Shown: one piece after another, positions 19,101-29,666 of the stretch | Position numbering within the stretch: the stretch's first letter is position 1 | Layout of the letters: each line of letters begins with the position of its first letter | From: Haemophilus parainfluenzae | Lineage (GTDB): Bacteria; Pseudomonadota; Gammaproteobacteria; Enterobacterales; Pasteurellaceae | Length of the DNA: 42,209 nt | Direction: 5' to 3' | Assembly (NCBI GenBank): GCA_916720325.1 | Contig: CAKAQT010000001.1 | Span: forward strand, 1-42,209 | Made by a program: the position numbers and the translations under genes | Notes under the pieces: model-generated | Databases searched by the model: none | What the model was told of the DNA's origin: nothing | Seen by the model: the letters and a program-made list of their open reading frames with translations, nothing else

Positions 19101-19985
19101 TTATTCTGCATAAGCCTTAATATTTTTTAATGCTTTTTTCCAATCACTTGGTTTAACTCCAAACGCTTGCTGAATTTTAGTTAAATCTAAGCAAGTATTG
19201 GCTGGACGTTTAGCCTGGGTTGGATAATCCGCAGTCGTAATCTCATTTACAAAAGGAGCTTTCTCTAACACATTTTGCGAAACAGCCTCAGCCAAAATAG
19301 CTTTAGCAAAATCACACCAACTAACATATGGCACGCCACTAAAATGATAAATGCCATATTCGATACTTTCGCCTCTAATAATTTTTTCGGCAATCTGAAC
19401 TAATGTACTAGCAATATCTCCAGCATAAGTTGGCCCACCAATTTGATCCGCAACAACGTTTAATGTATCGTGTTTTTTGGCTAAGCGAAGCATAGTTTTC
19501 ACAAAATTATTGCCATGTTCGCCAAAAACCCAAGAAGTACGTAAAATGATCACTCTTGAAACAAGGGAAAGAAGCACCTTATCTCCCTCTGCCTTACTTT
19601 TGCCATAAGCACTTAAGGGACAAGTAATATCGGTTTCTGTATATTTACCTTTTTTATATCCATCAAATACATAATCAGTAGATATATGCAAGATAGTTGC
19701 ATTAACTCTATTTGCAGCCTCAGCTAAATATTTTAACCCTTTAACATTAACATCATGAACTAGTGACTCTTCAGTTTCAGCTCTATCCACATGAGTGTAA
19801 GCTGCCCCATTAATAATAATATTCGGCTTAAACGAATCAACCAAAGACAGTACAGCATTTTTATTCGTGATATCAAGCTCGTTATGTTTTAAAGCTAATA
19901 TATCATGACCGTTTTCAAGCCTTAACCTTTGTGTCAAAGCGAAACCTATTTGTCCATTTGCCCCTGTGATTAGGAATTTTGCCAC
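19101..19985 (-). CDS. rmlD: dTDP-4-dehydrorhamnose reductase
   Basis: GANGQIG, HISTDYVFDG, YGKSK, DQIGGPT; GTG start. Confidence 0.97.
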   Translation of the reverse strand: MAKFLITGANGQIGFALTQRLRLENGHDILALKHNELDITNKNAVLSLVDSFKPNIIINGAAYTHVDRAETEESLVHDVNVKGLKYLAEAANRVNATILHISTDYVFDGYKKGKYTETDITCPLSAYGKSKAEGDKVLLSLVSRVIILRTSWVFGEHGNNFVKTMLRLAKKHDTLNVVADQIGGPTYAGDIASTLVQIAEKIIRGESIEYGIYHFSGVPYVSWCDFAKAILAEAVSQNVLEKAPFVNEITTADYPTQAKRPANTCLDLTKIQQAFGVKPSDWKKALKNIKAYAE

Positions 19986-19986
19986 A

Positions 19987-20859
19987 CTATTTTTTTTCCT
20001 TAATTATTCTAAGCAAGTATTGACCATACTCATTTTTCGTCATTGGTTTCGCTAGTTGTTCAACTTGTTCTGAAGTTAGCCAACCATTACGCCATGCTAT
20101 TTCTTCTAAACATGCTACTTGCAAACCTTGCACCTTTTCAATGGTACGAACAAATGAAGCCGCCTCATGTAAACTTTCGTGTGTACCAGTATCTAACCAT
20201 GCAAAACCACGTCCGAGCAATTGCACGTTGAGTGAGCCATCATTTAAATACATTTCGTTAAGAGTAGTAATCTCTAATTCTCCACGAGCAGAGGGCTTGA
20301 CTTGTTTTGCAAATTCTACCACACGGTTATCATAAAAATATAAACCTGTTACAGCATAGTTTGATTTTGGTTGAACTGGTTTTTCTTCAATCGAAACCGC
20401 TTTGAAGTTTTCATCAAATTCCACTACACCAAAGCGCTCAGGATCTTTCACTAAATATCCAAATACTGTTGCTCCATGGGGCTGTTTAACAGCCTCTTGC
20501 AACATTTGACTGAAGTGTTGACCATAGAAAATGTTATCGCCTAGCACTAAGCAACAACTATCACCATTAATAAACTCTTCACCAATAAGAAATGCTTGAG
20601 CTAAACCATCTGGGCTGGGTTGAATTGCATACTGTAAATTCACACCAAAATCTGAACCATCACCTAATAAGCGCTTGAAACTTTCATTATCTTCAGGGGT
20701 AGTAATAATAAGAACATCACGAATACCCGCTAACATTAATACTGAAAGTGGATAGTAAATCATCGGTTTATCATAAACAGGCAAAAGTTGCTTAGACACA
20801 CCTCGAGTAATGGGATAAAGGCGAGTACCAGAACCGCCTGCCAGAATAATACCTTTCAT
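19987..20859 (-). CDS. rmlA: Glucose-1-phosphate thymidylyltransferase
   Basis: [33 protein letters not shown]; start set to ATG 20859. Confidence 0.98.
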   Translation of the reverse strand: MKGIILAGGSGTRLYPITRGVSKQLLPVYDKPMIYYPLSVLMLAGIRDVLIITTPEDNESFKRLLGDGSDFGVNLQYAIQPSPDGLAQAFLIGEEFINGDSCCLVLGDNIFYGQHFSQMLQEAVKQPHGATVFGYLVKDPERFGVVEFDENFKAVSIEEKPVQPKSNYAVTGLYFYDNRVVEFAKQVKPSARGELEITTLNEMYLNDGSLNVQLLGRGFAWLDTGTHESLHEAASFVRTIEKVQGLQVACLEEIAWRNGWLTSEQVEQLAKPMTKNEYGQYLLRIIKEKK

Positions 20860-20937
20860 AAGAGAACCTTTAAAAGAGCGGGCAGATATTCTTAGATTTT
20901 TACAAATCATTAGAAAAACTTCACCGCTTGTTAATAA

Positions 20938-22002
20938 TTAGTTACCTAAACGTTCACGGTTATATGAGCCATCTAATACACGACTCCACCATTTTGTGTT
21001 ATTTAAATACCATTCTACCGTTTTGCGAATACCTGATTCAAAAGTTTCTTGTGGCTTCCAACCTAATTCTCGGCCAATTTTGGCTGCATCAATCGCATAG
21101 CGTACATCGTGACCAGGGCGATCTTTCACATAGGTAATAAGATCTTCATATTTTGCTACACCTTCTGGTTTATTTGGCACTAACTCTTCTAATAAACTGC
21201 AAATAGTACGTACTACATCAATATTTGCTTTCTCATTATGCCCACCAATATTGTATGTTTCACCTACCTTACCTTCTGTTACGACTTTATATAATGCACG
21301 CGCATGATCTTCTACAAATAACCAGTCTCGAATTTGTTGACCATTTCCATAAACTGGTAATGGTTTTCCATCTAGTGCATTTAAAATCATTAATGGAATA
21401 AGTTTTTCAGGGAAATGAAATGGACCATAGTTATTTGAACAGTTAGTCACAATCGTTGGTAAACCATAAGTACGTAACCATGCGCGAACCAAGTGATCGC
21501 TAGAGGCTTTAGATGCTGAATAAGGACTGCTAGGTGCATAAGGTGTAGTTTCAGTAAACAAATCATCTGTTCCTTCTAAATCACCATATACCTCATCTGT
21601 TGAAATGTGATGAAAACGAAATGCTGCTTTTCTCTCATCATTTAAAGTATTCCAATAGGCTCGAGCTGCTTCTAATAGCGTGTAAGTACCTACTATATTT
21701 GTTTCGATAAAAGCTGCTGGCCCATCAATAGAACGGTCAACATGGCTTTCTGCCGCTAAATGCATTACAGCATCAGGTTGATGATGTTCAAATACACGCA
21801 ACAATGCTTTTGAATCACAAATATCCACTTGTTCAAATGCATAACGTGGATTATTTTCTACAGATTCTAAAGATTCTAAATTACCTGCATAAGTTAATTT
21901 ATCAACATTTACCACGTTATCTTGCGTGCTTTCAATAATGTGGCGAACAACTGCAGAGCCAATAAAACCAGCACCACCAGTAACCAAAATTGTTTTGCTC
22001 AT
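20938..22002 (-). CDS. rmlB: dTDP-glucose 4,6-dehydratase
   Basis: [35 protein letters not shown] 22002 has better SD spacing than 22008. Confidence 0.98.
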   Translation of the reverse strand: MSKTILVTGGAGFIGSAVVRHIIESTQDNVVNVDKLTYAGNLESLESVENNPRYAFEQVDICDSKALLRVFEHHQPDAVMHLAAESHVDRSIDGPAAFIETNIVGTYTLLEAARAYWNTLNDERKAAFRFHHISTDEVYGDLEGTDDLFTETTPYAPSSPYSASKASSDHLVRAWLRTYGLPTIVTNCSNNYGPFHFPEKLIPLMILNALDGKPLPVYGNGQQIRDWLFVEDHARALYKVVTEGKVGETYNIGGHNEKANIDVVRTICSLLEELVPNKPEGVAKYEDLITYVKDRPGHDVRYAIDAAKIGRELGWKPQETFESGIRKTVEWYLNNTKWWSRVLDGSYNRERLGN

Positions 22003-22044
22003 TTTCATCCTCTTGGTTATTTAACAAATAAAACATTACCCTGT

Positions 22045-22073
22045 ATTCTATTTGAAATAATACTATTTCACAA
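22045..22073 (-). promoter_or_regulatory. Putative sigma70 promoter of the O-antigen cluster
   Basis: Minus strand TTGTGA-N17-TAGAAT upstream of rmlB. Confidence 0.6.
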
Positions 22074-22097
22074 TTAAAGAATACAATACTTATGAAA

Positions 22098-22125
22098 AAA
22101 GTGCGGTCATTTTTGACCGCACTTT
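22098..22125 (-). terminator. glnA terminator formed by an inverted pair of uptake signal sequences
   Basis: AAAGTGCGGTCA-TTTT-TGACCGCACTTT. Confidence 0.8.
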
Positions 22126-22154
22126 CTTGTTCTAAACTAGGTATCTACTGTTTC

Positions 22155-23573
22155 TTATGCATAATACATCTCAAACTCAACCGGATGTGGTGTCATATTT
22201 AAACGTTCTACTTCTTTACGTTTAATATTAATAAATGCTTCAATAAAGTCTTTCGTAAATACCCCACCTTGCGTTAAGAATTCATAGTCTTTTTCTAATA
22301 AATTCAATGCCTCTTCTAGCGAGCTCGCGACTGCTGGAATATCTTTTAATTCTTCTGGTGGAAGATCATAAAGATTTTTATCCATTGCATCACCTGGATG
22401 AATTTTGTTCACCACACCATCAAGACCTGCCATTAATAATGCAGCGAAAGCAAGATACGGGTTTGCCATCGGATCTGGGAAACGCGCTTCAATACGGATT
22501 GCTTTCGGACTAGTTACTGCTGGAATACGAATTGACGCAGAACGGTTACTTGCCGAGTAAGCCAATAATACTGGCGCTTCAAAACCAGGCACTAAACGTT
22601 TGTATGAGTTCGTACTTGGGTTAGTGAATGCATTTAATGCTTTTGCATGCTTAATGATACCGCCGATGTAATAAAGTGCGGTTTCAGAAAGGCCAGCATA
22701 TTTATCACCTTGGAAAATGTTTTTGCCATCTTTGCTTAATGACATATTACAGTGCATACCAGAACCATTATCACCCGTAATTGGTTTAGGCATAAAGCAA
22801 GCGGTTTTACCGTGTTCTAAGGCAACGTTTTGAACCACATATTTATAGATTTGTGTTTCATCTGCTTTTAAGGTTAAGCTGTTGAATTTCGTTGCAATTT
22901 CGTTTTGACCTGCTGTTGCCACTTCATGGTGATGAGCTTCGATGACTAAGCCCATTTCTTCTAAAATCAAACACATTTCAGAACGAATATCATGAGCGGT
23001 ATCAATTGGTGCCACCGCACAATAACCACCTTTCTTCAATGGACGATAAGCATTGTTACCACCTTCATATTTTTTGTTGGTGTTCCAAGCGGCTTCAATG
23101 TCATCAATGGCGAAAGAAGCACGGTTCATTGATACATCAAAACGTACATCATCAAATAAGAAGAACTCAGGTTCTGGACCAAAGAATGCCTGATCTGCAA
23201 CGCCTGTTGAACGCATATAGTTTTCTGCTCGAATAGCGATTGAACGCGGATCACGATCATAGCTTTGCATGGTTGTTGGCTCATAAACACTACAACGAAT
23301 TGAAAGTGTTGGGATCTGCGCAAATGGATCGACTACTGCAGTCTCAGCGATTGGCATTAAAAGCATATCGGCTTTGTTAATGGTTTTCCAACCTTCAACA
23401 GAAGAGCCATCGAACATTTTGCCATCTTCAAACATATCTTCATCGACAAGGCTAACCGGGATAGAAACACCGTGTTCTTTACCTTTAATGTCGGTGAAAC
23501 GAAGTAGCACGAACTTAATATCGTTCTCTTCGATCAGTTTGAATACGTTGGCAATTGCATTTGCATTTGGCAT
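22155..23573 (-). CDS. glnA: Glutamine synthetase type I
   Basis: FDGSS, GPEPEF, HHHEVA, FMPKP, NGSGMH, KNLYDLP adenylylation site. Confidence 0.99.
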   Translation of the reverse strand: MPNANAIANVFKLIEENDIKFVLLRFTDIKGKEHGVSIPVSLVDEDMFEDGKMFDGSSVEGWKTINKADMLLMPIAETAVVDPFAQIPTLSIRCSVYEPTTMQSYDRDPRSIAIRAENYMRSTGVADQAFFGPEPEFFLFDDVRFDVSMNRASFAIDDIEAAWNTNKKYEGGNNAYRPLKKGGYCAVAPIDTAHDIRSEMCLILEEMGLVIEAHHHEVATAGQNEIATKFNSLTLKADETQIYKYVVQNVALEHGKTACFMPKPITGDNGSGMHCNMSLSKDGKNIFQGDKYAGLSETALYYIGGIIKHAKALNAFTNPSTNSYKRLVPGFEAPVLLAYSASNRSASIRIPAVTSPKAIRIEARFPDPMANPYLAFAALLMAGLDGVVNKIHPGDAMDKNLYDLPPEELKDIPAVASSLEEALNLLEKDYEFLTQGGVFTKDFIEAFINIKRKEVERLNMTPHPVEFEMYYA

Positions 23574-23727
23574 AAGGAGTCCTCTATTTTGCTATGTGTA
23601 TAATCTTTAATAAAATTAAAAGAGCATTATAACGCAATCGCTTGCTTTTTTCATGAGATTTATTTTATGTCCTGGCATAGCAGAGCAGCGAAATATCGTG
23701 TATAATTTTTGCCCTTTCGAGATTCTC

Positions 23728-23794
23728 GTAGAGTGAGTTTACTCACTAATTCAAACTACTTGGACTATTCGGTGGCATAAAAATTCCACCCTAC
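23728..23794. repeat. Inverted pair of degenerate GTAG-type REP-like hairpins in the typA leader
   Basis: GTAG-AGTGAGT-TT-ACTCACT on plus; GTAG-GGTGG-N10-CCACC on minus. Confidence 0.45.
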
Positions 23795-23821
23795 AAAACT
23801 TAAACTTTAAGAACGTAATAA

Positions 23822-25672
23822 ATGAAAAACGACATTGATATTAATAAATTGCGCAATATCGCAATTATCGCTCACGTTGACCATGGTAAAACCACCCTCG
23901 TTGACAAACTCCTTCAACAATCTGGTACATTTGAATCAACTCGTGGTGATGTTGATGAACGCGTAATGGACTCAAACGATCTTGAAAAAGAACGTGGTAT
24001 TACCATTCTTGCAAAAAATACCGCAATTAACTGGAATGGTTATCGCATTAACATCGTAGATACCCCAGGACACGCCGACTTCGGTGGTGAAGTAGAACGT
24101 GTACTTTCTATGGTGGACTCTGTACTTTTAGTGGTAGATGCCTTTGACGGCCCAATGCCACAAACGCGTTTCGTGACACAAAAAGCCTTTGCTCACGGTT
24201 TAAAACCAATCGTAGTTATCAACAAAGTTGACCGTCCAGGCGCACGTCCTGATTGGGTTGTGGATCAAGTTTTCGATTTATTCGTTAACCTTGGTGCAAC
24301 CGATGAGCAATTAGACTTCCCTATTATCTATGCCTCTGCATTAAATGGTGTTGCAGGTCTTGAACACGAAGAATTAGCGGAAGATATGACCCCATTATTT
24401 GAAGCGATCGTTCAACACGTTGAACCACCAAAAGTGGAGCTTGATGCGCCATTCCAAATGCAAATTTCCCAATTAGACTATAACAGCTATGTGGGTGTTA
24501 TTGGTATCGGTCGTATCAAACGTGGATCAATCAAACCAAATCAACCTGTAACGATCATTGATGGTGAAGGTAAAACTCGCCAAGGCCGTGTCGGTCAAGT
24601 ATTAGGTCACCTTGGTTTACAACGTTATGAAGAAGATGTTGCTTACGCAGGTGACATCATTGCCATTACCGGTTTAGGTGAATTAAATATCTCGGATACT
24701 ATTTGTGATATCAACGCGGTTGAAGCCTTACCTTCATTAACCGTTGATGAACCAACCGTAACCATGTTCTTCTGTGTAAATACTTCACCGTTTGCAGGTC
24801 AAGAAGGTAAATATGTGACTTCTCGTCAAATTCTTGAACGTTTAAACAAAGAGTTAGTTCACAACGTCGCATTACGCGTAGAAGAAACGCCAAACCCAGA
24901 TGAATTCCGTGTTTCTGGTCGTGGTGAATTACACCTTTCTGTATTAATTGAAAATATGCGTCGTGAAGGTTATGAACTTGCGGTTTCTCGTCCTAAAGTA
25001 ATCTACCGTGAAATCAACGGCAAAAAACAAGAGCCTTACGAGCAAGTTACCATCGATGTAGAAGAACAACACCAAGGTTCTGTCATGGAAGCATTAGGTA
25101 TCCGTAAAGGTGAAGTTCGCGATATGATGCCAGATGGAAAAGGTCGTGTACGTTTAGAATATATCATCCCTAGCCGTGGCTTGATCGGTTTCCGTGGTGA
25201 ATTCATGACTATGACATCTGGTACTGGTTTACTTTACTCTAGTTTCGATCACTACGATGACATCAAACCAGGTGAAATCGGCCAACGTAAAAACGGTGTA
25301 TTAATTTCTAACGCAACGGGTAAAGCATTAGCTTATGCGCTATTTGGTTTACAAGAGCGTGGTAAATTAATGATCGAAGCCAACGTAGAAGTTTACGAAG
25401 GTCAAATCATCGGTATTCACAGCCGCACAAATGACTTAACCGTTAACTGTTTACAAGGTAAAAAACTCACCAATATGCGTGCATCAGGTAAAGATGATGC
25501 CATCGTCTTAACCACGCCGGTGAAATTTACACTTGAACAAGCCATCGAGTTTATCGATGATGACGAGTTAGTGGAAGTCACACCTGAATCGATCCGTATC
25601 CGTAAAAAACTCTTAACGGAAAACGATCGTAAACGTGCAAACCGTACGACAACCAGTACGAGTACACACTAA
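23822..25672 (+). CDS. typA: Translational GTPase TypA/BipA
   Basis: [30 protein letters not shown]. Confidence 0.99.
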   Translation: MKNDIDINKLRNIAIIAHVDHGKTTLVDKLLQQSGTFESTRGDVDERVMDSNDLEKERGITILAKNTAINWNGYRINIVDTPGHADFGGEVERVLSMVDSVLLVVDAFDGPMPQTRFVTQKAFAHGLKPIVVINKVDRPGARPDWVVDQVFDLFVNLGATDEQLDFPIIYASALNGVAGLEHEELAEDMTPLFEAIVQHVEPPKVELDAPFQMQISQLDYNSYVGVIGIGRIKRGSIKPNQPVTIIDGEGKTRQGRVGQVLGHLGLQRYEEDVAYAGDIIAITGLGELNISDTICDINAVEALPSLTVDEPTVTMFFCVNTSPFAGQEGKYVTSRQILERLNKELVHNVALRVEETPNPDEFRVSGRGELHLSVLIENMRREGYELAVSRPKVIYREINGKKQEPYEQVTIDVEEQHQGSVMEALGIRKGEVRDMMPDGKGRVRLEYIIPSRGLIGFRGEFMTMTSGTGLLYSSFDHYDDIKPGEIGQRKNGVLISNATGKALAYALFGLQERGKLMIEANVEVYEGQIIGIHSRTNDLTVNCLQGKKLTNMRASGKDDAIVLTTPVKFTLEQAIEFIDDDELVEVTPESIRIRKKLLTENDRKRANRTTTSTSTH

Positions 25673-25712
25673 TTAAAAACGTGCGGTAATTTGACCGCAC
25701 TTTTAAGCAAAC

Positions 25713-25742
25713 AAAAGGCGAACATGATGTTCGCCTTTTTTT
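25713..25742. terminator. Bidirectional terminator between typA and rdgC (preceded by an imperfect USS hairpin)
   Basis: AAAAGGCGAACAT-G-ATGTTCGCCTTTT. Confidence 0.8.
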
Positions 25743-25756
25743 ATTTCATGATTAAA

Positions 25757-26668
25757 CTAACCTAATCTTACTTTCTCGCCTCCGAATTCATCGAGTAAGT
25801 TTTCTGTCAGTTTAGATAAAATGCCCGTCATTAATACAAAATCAGCATCAAAGCGTTGCGCATAATCTTCTTTTAAAATATCCGCATTTTTCTCACGCAC
25901 TGCATCGGCAAATTTTAAACGTTTGAGCGTGCAATCTTCATTAAATACAAACGTCAGCGTATCTTCCCACTCCAATGCGAGCTTGCTCACCACTTTTTTG
26001 CCATCTTGTAAAAGCGCGAGAATCTCTTCATTTTCTAAAGGTTGTTTCTTACAACGAATCACGCTGTCTTCTTGGCTTCCACGAAGTTCAGCCTCCTCTA
26101 ACGCCACCAACCAATGCGGGATTTTTTCCTGCACAATCCAATCCGTTAAAATGGTCGAAGGTTCATTCGCAAAAGCCAACGGCACAACCGGTAACGAACC
26201 GAGGGATTTACGCAATAATGCTAAGGCATCTTCTGCACGTTTACTGGATGCCGCATCGACATGAACAAGGTTGTTCTCCGTATCAATCCATACAGAAGTT
26301 TGCTGATTTTTAGTGAATGCGCGTGGCAATAAATTCATCACCACATCATCTTTTAACGTTTGTTTTTCCGTTTTCTTCAATTTACGGTTTTCTTTTTGCT
26401 CAAGGCTTTCAATGCGTTCATCTAATTCACGTTTTACCACATTAGCCGGCAACATTTTCTCTTCTTTTTTCGCAACCAATAAAATGTGTTTACCCACAGA
26501 AAAATGCAATAATTCGCTGCCTTTCAAGGGATTCGTCCAACCAAATTTACTTTGATCTTGTGAGCCACAAGGATGAAATTCACAATCTGACAACTGGCGT
26601 TGTAATTCATTAAGATCCCAATCTAAGGGCTCAGTCAGCCTATATGACATTAAATTTTTAAACCACAT
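25757..26668 (-). CDS. rdgC: Recombination-associated protein RdgC
   Basis: MWFKNL..YRL start, LLPRAF, LLRKSLGSLPVVP, RFDADF. Confidence 0.96.
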   Translation of the reverse strand: MWFKNLMSYRLTEPLDWDLNELQRQLSDCEFHPCGSQDQSKFGWTNPLKGSELLHFSVGKHILLVAKKEEKMLPANVVKRELDERIESLEQKENRKLKKTEKQTLKDDVVMNLLPRAFTKNQQTSVWIDTENNLVHVDAASSKRAEDALALLRKSLGSLPVVPLAFANEPSTILTDWIVQEKIPHWLVALEEAELRGSQEDSVIRCKKQPLENEEILALLQDGKKVVSKLALEWEDTLTFVFNEDCTLKRLKFADAVREKNADILKEDYAQRFDADFVLMTGILSKLTENLLDEFGGEKVRLG

Positions 26669-26733
26669 CGTAACACTTCCTTCATAATAGGGTAAAATAC
26701 GCGACATTGTAGCCCATAAACTCACGGGAAAAA

Positions 26734-27552
26734 ATGATGCAACAGAAATTAATTGCCTTCATCGGTGGTGGCAATATGGCACAAGCGATTGTGTTAGGCC
26801 TATTAAAACAAGGTTATCCTGCCGACAAAATTATCGTTAATGATCCTAATGAAGAGAAACGTGCTTTTTTTGCACAATATGGCGTCGCCGTTTCTACGGA
26901 TAACGAGCAATCCATCACACAATCTCAAGTAGTGTTATTTGCGGTTAAACCGCAAGTACTAGCCGATGTTTGCAAGCCATTAAGTGCGGTTGATTTCTCT
27001 GATAAATTAATCATTTCTATTGCTGCGGGTATTTCGACTGCCCGATTAGCTGAACTCCTTCCAACAGCAAAATCCATTGTTCGCGTGATGCCAAACACAC
27101 CTGCATTAGTGGGTGAAGGTATGGCTGGCTTATTTGCTGATAAAAACACACCTGAAATTGACCGCACTTTTGCGGAAGATTTACTTTCAGCTGTAGGGAA
27201 AACCACTTGGGTAACAAATGAAGATCACATGCATGCAGTCACCGCTGCGTCTGGCAGTAGCCCGGCTTACTTCTTCCAATTTTTAGAAGCCATGCAACAA
27301 GGCTTAATAGAAATGGGATTAGATGAAAACCAATCGCGAGAGTTGGTACAACAAGCTATGTTAGGCTCGGCTAAGCTGGTGATTGAAAATCCTCAAACAG
27401 CCCTTTCGACTTTACGAGAAAATGTCACCTCAAAAGGCGGTACCACCGCAGCCGCGTTGAATGTGTTCAATCAACACCAATTTAACGACATCATTAAACA
27501 AGCGATGCAGGCCTGTGTGGCACGCTCACAAGAAATGGAAAAATTATTCTAA
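26734..27552 (+). CDS. proC: Pyrroline-5-carboxylate reductase
   Basis: [35 protein letters not shown]. Confidence 0.98.
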   Translation: MMQQKLIAFIGGGNMAQAIVLGLLKQGYPADKIIVNDPNEEKRAFFAQYGVAVSTDNEQSITQSQVVLFAVKPQVLADVCKPLSAVDFSDKLIISIAAGISTARLAELLPTAKSIVRVMPNTPALVGEGMAGLFADKNTPEIDRTFAEDLLSAVGKTTWVTNEDHMHAVTAASGSSPAYFFQFLEAMQQGLIEMGLDENQSRELVQQAMLGSAKLVIENPQTALSTLRENVTSKGGTTAAALNVFNQHQFNDIIKQAMQACVARSQEMEKLF

Positions 27553-28712
27553 TGCAAGTTCGTCCTTTTACTTGGCTCGCCTTGAGCTTTTTTGGCTACT
27601 ACTGCGCCTACGGCGTGTTTCTTCCGCTTTTCCCTGCATGGTTGAAAACGCAATCTTATAGCGAAGAAAGCATAGGCTTATTGCTTGCCTGCGCCTACAT
27701 TTTCCGTTTTAGCGGCGGTATTTTGTTTTCCGGCTTAATAAAACGTGTTTCTCTCTTAGTAAATGGGTTACGTTATTTAGGCGTGGCCAGTGCCATTACA
27801 ATGGCATTAATTGGACTGATGTCACACAATTTCTGGCTATTATTTATTGGACTTGCATTGTATTCCATGGTGAATGCGGCCGGTATGCCGATTGGCGATA
27901 GCCTCGCCAGCACATGGCAACAGCAAATTCATTTAGATTACGGTAAAGCGCGCTTAATTGGCTCCTTTGCGTTCGTTGTCGGTGTGATGGTATTCGGTTA
28001 TTTTATTGGACTCGTGGGTGAACAATATATTACTTGGATGATCACAGGCATACTCGTTTTTTACTGTATTGTGCAATTACTTCATCCGAACCCAATGCCG
28101 CAAGATGAACCCCAAAGTGCGGTCGAAAATTCCGTTGGATTTTTAGACTTACTGAAAAATAAAACGACCCTTCGTTTGTTTATTGCGATTTCACTCATTC
28201 AAGGATCGCATGCAGCTTATTACTCATATAGCACTATTTTTTGGACAAATCATGGCCACTCCGTTTCCGATGCAGGTTTATTTTGGGGAATCAGTGTATT
28301 AGCTGAAATCGTGGTCTTTTTCTTCTCCACCCGATTATTCAAAAACTGGACCATTACAGCCCTTTTCTATCTCACCGGTATTGCGGCTATCGTGCGTTGG
28401 CTCGCTTTCGGTTATGCCGATACCTTTGTTGAGATTGTCTTACTACAATGCTTTCACAGTCTTACTTATGTCGTTGGCCATTACGCGACCGTGCGTTATA
28501 TCACCACTCAACCACAAACCCATATTGCGAAATTACAAGGCTTATACAATGCCTTGGCGGGATGTGCAGCCATTGCGATTTTCACTGCGCTTTCTGGCAT
28601 ACTTTATCCAATTTCGCCAGTTTATGCCTTTAGTTTAATGGCTGCCTTTGCCTTCATTGGCTTATTTATCACTCCGCGTGGTGTGAAAGCCTTTTTGGTA
28701 CATAGAGTGTAA
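27552..28712 (+). CDS. hcaT: MFS transporter (HcaT/3-phenylpropionate family)
   Basis: Multi-TM hydrophobic pattern, [29 protein letters not shown]. Confidence 0.85.
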   Translation: MQVRPFTWLALSFFGYYCAYGVFLPLFPAWLKTQSYSEESIGLLLACAYIFRFSGGILFSGLIKRVSLLVNGLRYLGVASAITMALIGLMSHNFWLLFIGLALYSMVNAAGMPIGDSLASTWQQQIHLDYGKARLIGSFAFVVGVMVFGYFIGLVGEQYITWMITGILVFYCIVQLLHPNPMPQDEPQSAVENSVGFLDLLKNKTTLRLFIAISLIQGSHAAYYSYSTIFWTNHGHSVSDAGLFWGISVLAEIVVFFFSTRLFKNWTITALFYLTGIAAIVRWLAFGYADTFVEIVLLQCFHSLTYVVGHYATVRYITTQPQTHIAKLQGLYNALAGCAAIAIFTALSGILYPISPVYAFSLMAAFAFIGLFITPRGVKAFLVHRV

Positions 28713-28714
28713 AC

Positions 28715-29608
28715 ATGAATAACCTTACGCTAGTCGATTTGTTCTTAAATGAATATTGGATCGAAAAAGGATTGTCTGAAAACACCGTGCAGTCCTATCG
28801 TCTCGATTTGACCGCACTTTGTGATTGGTTGGATAAACAAAATTTATCCCTCGAAACTCTCGAACCCTTAGATCTGCAACAATTTTTAGGCAGTCGTTTA
28901 GAGCAAGGTTACAAAGCCACCAGCACTGCGCGAATGTTGAGTGCAATGCGGAAATTATTCCAATATTTGTATCGTGAAAAGTATCGTACGGATGACCCAA
29001 GTGCTGTACTGAGCTCACCTAAATTGCCAAGCCGCTTACCTAAATATTTAACCGAGCAACAAGTCACGGATTTATTAAATACACCTGATGTCGAAATTCC
29101 GCTCGAGTTACGTGATAAAGCCATGTTGGAATTACTTTATGCCACTGGATTACGTGTCACGGAATTGGTCACGCTCACTATTGAGAATATGAATTTACAA
29201 CAAGGTGTCGTGCGTGTGATTGGTAAAGGTAACAAAGAACGTATTGTACCAATGGGAGAAGAAGCCGCGTTTTGGGTGCGACAATTCATACTTTACGGTC
29301 GCCCTATTTTGCTTAATGGGCAAAGCTCTGATGTGGTTTTTCCTAGTCAACGAGCTCAACAAATGACTCGCCAAACCTTTTGGCATCGTATAAAGCATTA
29401 TGCCGTGTTAGCAGGAATCAATACAGATGCACTTTCTCCACACGTTCTCCGTCATGCCTTTGCGACACATTTGGTGAATCATGGTGCGGATCTCCGTGTT
29501 GTGCAAATGCTCCTCGGACACAGCGATCTCTCCACCACGCAAATCTATACTCATGTGGCTAAAGAACGCTTAAAACACCTTCATGAAAGATTCCATCCAC
29601 GGGGATAA
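28715..29608 (+). CDS. xerD: Tyrosine recombinase XerD
   Basis: RDKAMLELLYATGLRV, GKGNKER, SPHVLRHAFATH, LGHSDLSTTQIYTHV, HPRG end. Confidence 0.97.
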   Translation: MNNLTLVDLFLNEYWIEKGLSENTVQSYRLDLTALCDWLDKQNLSLETLEPLDLQQFLGSRLEQGYKATSTARMLSAMRKLFQYLYREKYRTDDPSAVLSSPKLPSRLPKYLTEQQVTDLLNTPDVEIPLELRDKAMLELLYATGLRVTELVTLTIENMNLQQGVVRVIGKGNKERIVPMGEEAAFWVRQFILYGRPILLNGQSSDVVFPSQRAQQMTRQTFWHRIKHYAVLAGINTDALSPHVLRHAFATHLVNHGADLRVVQMLLGHSDLSTTQIYTHVAKERLKHLHERFHPRG

Positions 29609-29614
29609 AATAAA

Positions 29615-29654
29615 AAAGTGCGGTCAAATTTATCGTTATTTTTGACCGCACTTT
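29615..29654. terminator. Inverted USS pair between the convergent xerD and glycerate kinase genes
   Basis: AAAGTGCGGTCAAA...TTTGACCGCACTTT. Confidence 0.75.
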
Positions 29655-29666
29655 AGTATGAAAAGC

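Noticed and set aside
9952..22002. Cluster as a group 2/3 capsule locus
   Set aside because: No bex/kpsDE/wza outer-membrane export genes or KpsC/S; WbaP plus Wzm/Wzt fits an O-antigen
28715..29608. Tyrosine recombinase as a prophage or island integrase
   Set aside because: Housekeeping XerD sequence in the conserved rdgC-proC-hcaT-xerD context; no att site, tRNA or phage genes nearby
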